DNA of 56,244 nucleotides from a virus. Lineage: Duplodnaviria > Caudoviricetes. This document shows positions 55,790 through 56,244 of this stretch, piece by piece (the stretch's first letter is position 1; the number at the start of each line of letters is the position of its first letter). The translations under genes were made by a program, and so were the position numbers. Location of the stretch: positions 1 to 56,244 of the IMG/VR virus record IMGVR_UViG_3300044527_000109; one strand, written 5' to 3'. The notes under the pieces were generated by a model. The model did no database searches. It was given only the letters and a program-made list of their open reading frames with translations, and was not told where the DNA came from.

Positions 55790-56244
55790 ATGAGCAAAGC
55801 ACAATATAATTTAAAAACAAAAACAGACTACCTAAATCGCAAGATGTTTTTGGATCCACAGGGTCCTGTAACCATTCAACGATTTGAAGAAGTAAAGTAT
55901 AACAAACTACAAAAAATTGAACAGACAGCACGTGGTTTCTTTTGGGTTCCAGAAGAAATTAGTCTTACTAAAGATGCCAACGATTTTAAAGAAGCAAGTG
56001 ATGCGGTGAAACATATCTTTACTAGTAACTTATTAAGACAAACAGCACTTGATAGTTTACAAGGACGCGGTCCCGCGCAAGTATTCACACCTATCGTTAG
56101 CCTGCCTGAATTAGAAGCACTGATGTATAATTGGAGTTTCTTTGAGACTAACATTCATAGCCGTAGTTATAGTCATATCATTCGTAACATCTATAATGTA
56201 CCTAAAGAAGTATTCAATACTATCCATGACACTAATGAGATTGT
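55790..56244 (+). CDS. nrdB: Ribonucleotide reductase class Ia, beta subunit (partial, runs off the window)
   Basis: ATG 55790 after SD AAGGA; MFLD...IQRFEEVKY...GFFWVPEEISL..D...IFTSNLLRQTALDSLQGRGP...FETNIHSRSYSHIIRN. Not in the ORF track. Confidence 0.95.
   Translation, partial: MSKAQYNLKTKTDYLNRKMFLDPQGPVTIQRFEEVKYNKLQKIEQTARGFFWVPEEISLTKDANDFKEASDAVKHIFTSNLLRQTALDSLQGRGPAQVFTPIVSLPELEALMYNWSFFETNIHSRSYSHIIRNIYNVPKEVFNTIHDTNEI

Noticed and set aside
55876-56154. 92-aa minus-strand ORF
   Set aside because: Antisense shadow of nrdB, which the track missed because it runs off the window.

Overview
The window is part of a large lytic T4-like (myovirus-type) phage genome, AT-rich and read with the standard genetic code. 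Its IscU, desaturase and class Ia RNR look proteobacterial, probably Betaproteobacteria (inference). From left to right it holds: (1) a leftward baseplate module (gp25 fragment, gp5-like spike, hub, gp53-like, tube-junction protein); (2) a rightward operon of gp55 late sigma factor, gp47 and gp46 with two sulfotransferases inserted between the last two, then a radical SAM enzyme and a Holliday junction resolvase; (3) a ~470-nt non-coding, densely structured element between convergent genes; (4) a gp26-like chaperone with a probable -1 frameshift extension; (5) a tape measure protein with an amidase domain; (6) the head module (portal, core, protease, scaffold, major capsid); (7) a fatty acid desaturase, an SGNH-like gene and a degenerate HNH gene; (8) a ~25-kb array of ten genes, nine of them modular fibre/adhesin-like; (9) nrdA-iscU-nrdB. 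The most notable observations are the candidate large ncRNA or origin at 14711-15165, the T_TTT_TTC frameshift, a chimeric gp46/gp47 recombination scar between the sulfotransferases, apparently leaderless late mRNAs, and the combinatorial fibre array. All family calls come from motif recognition by eye; no database search was run.
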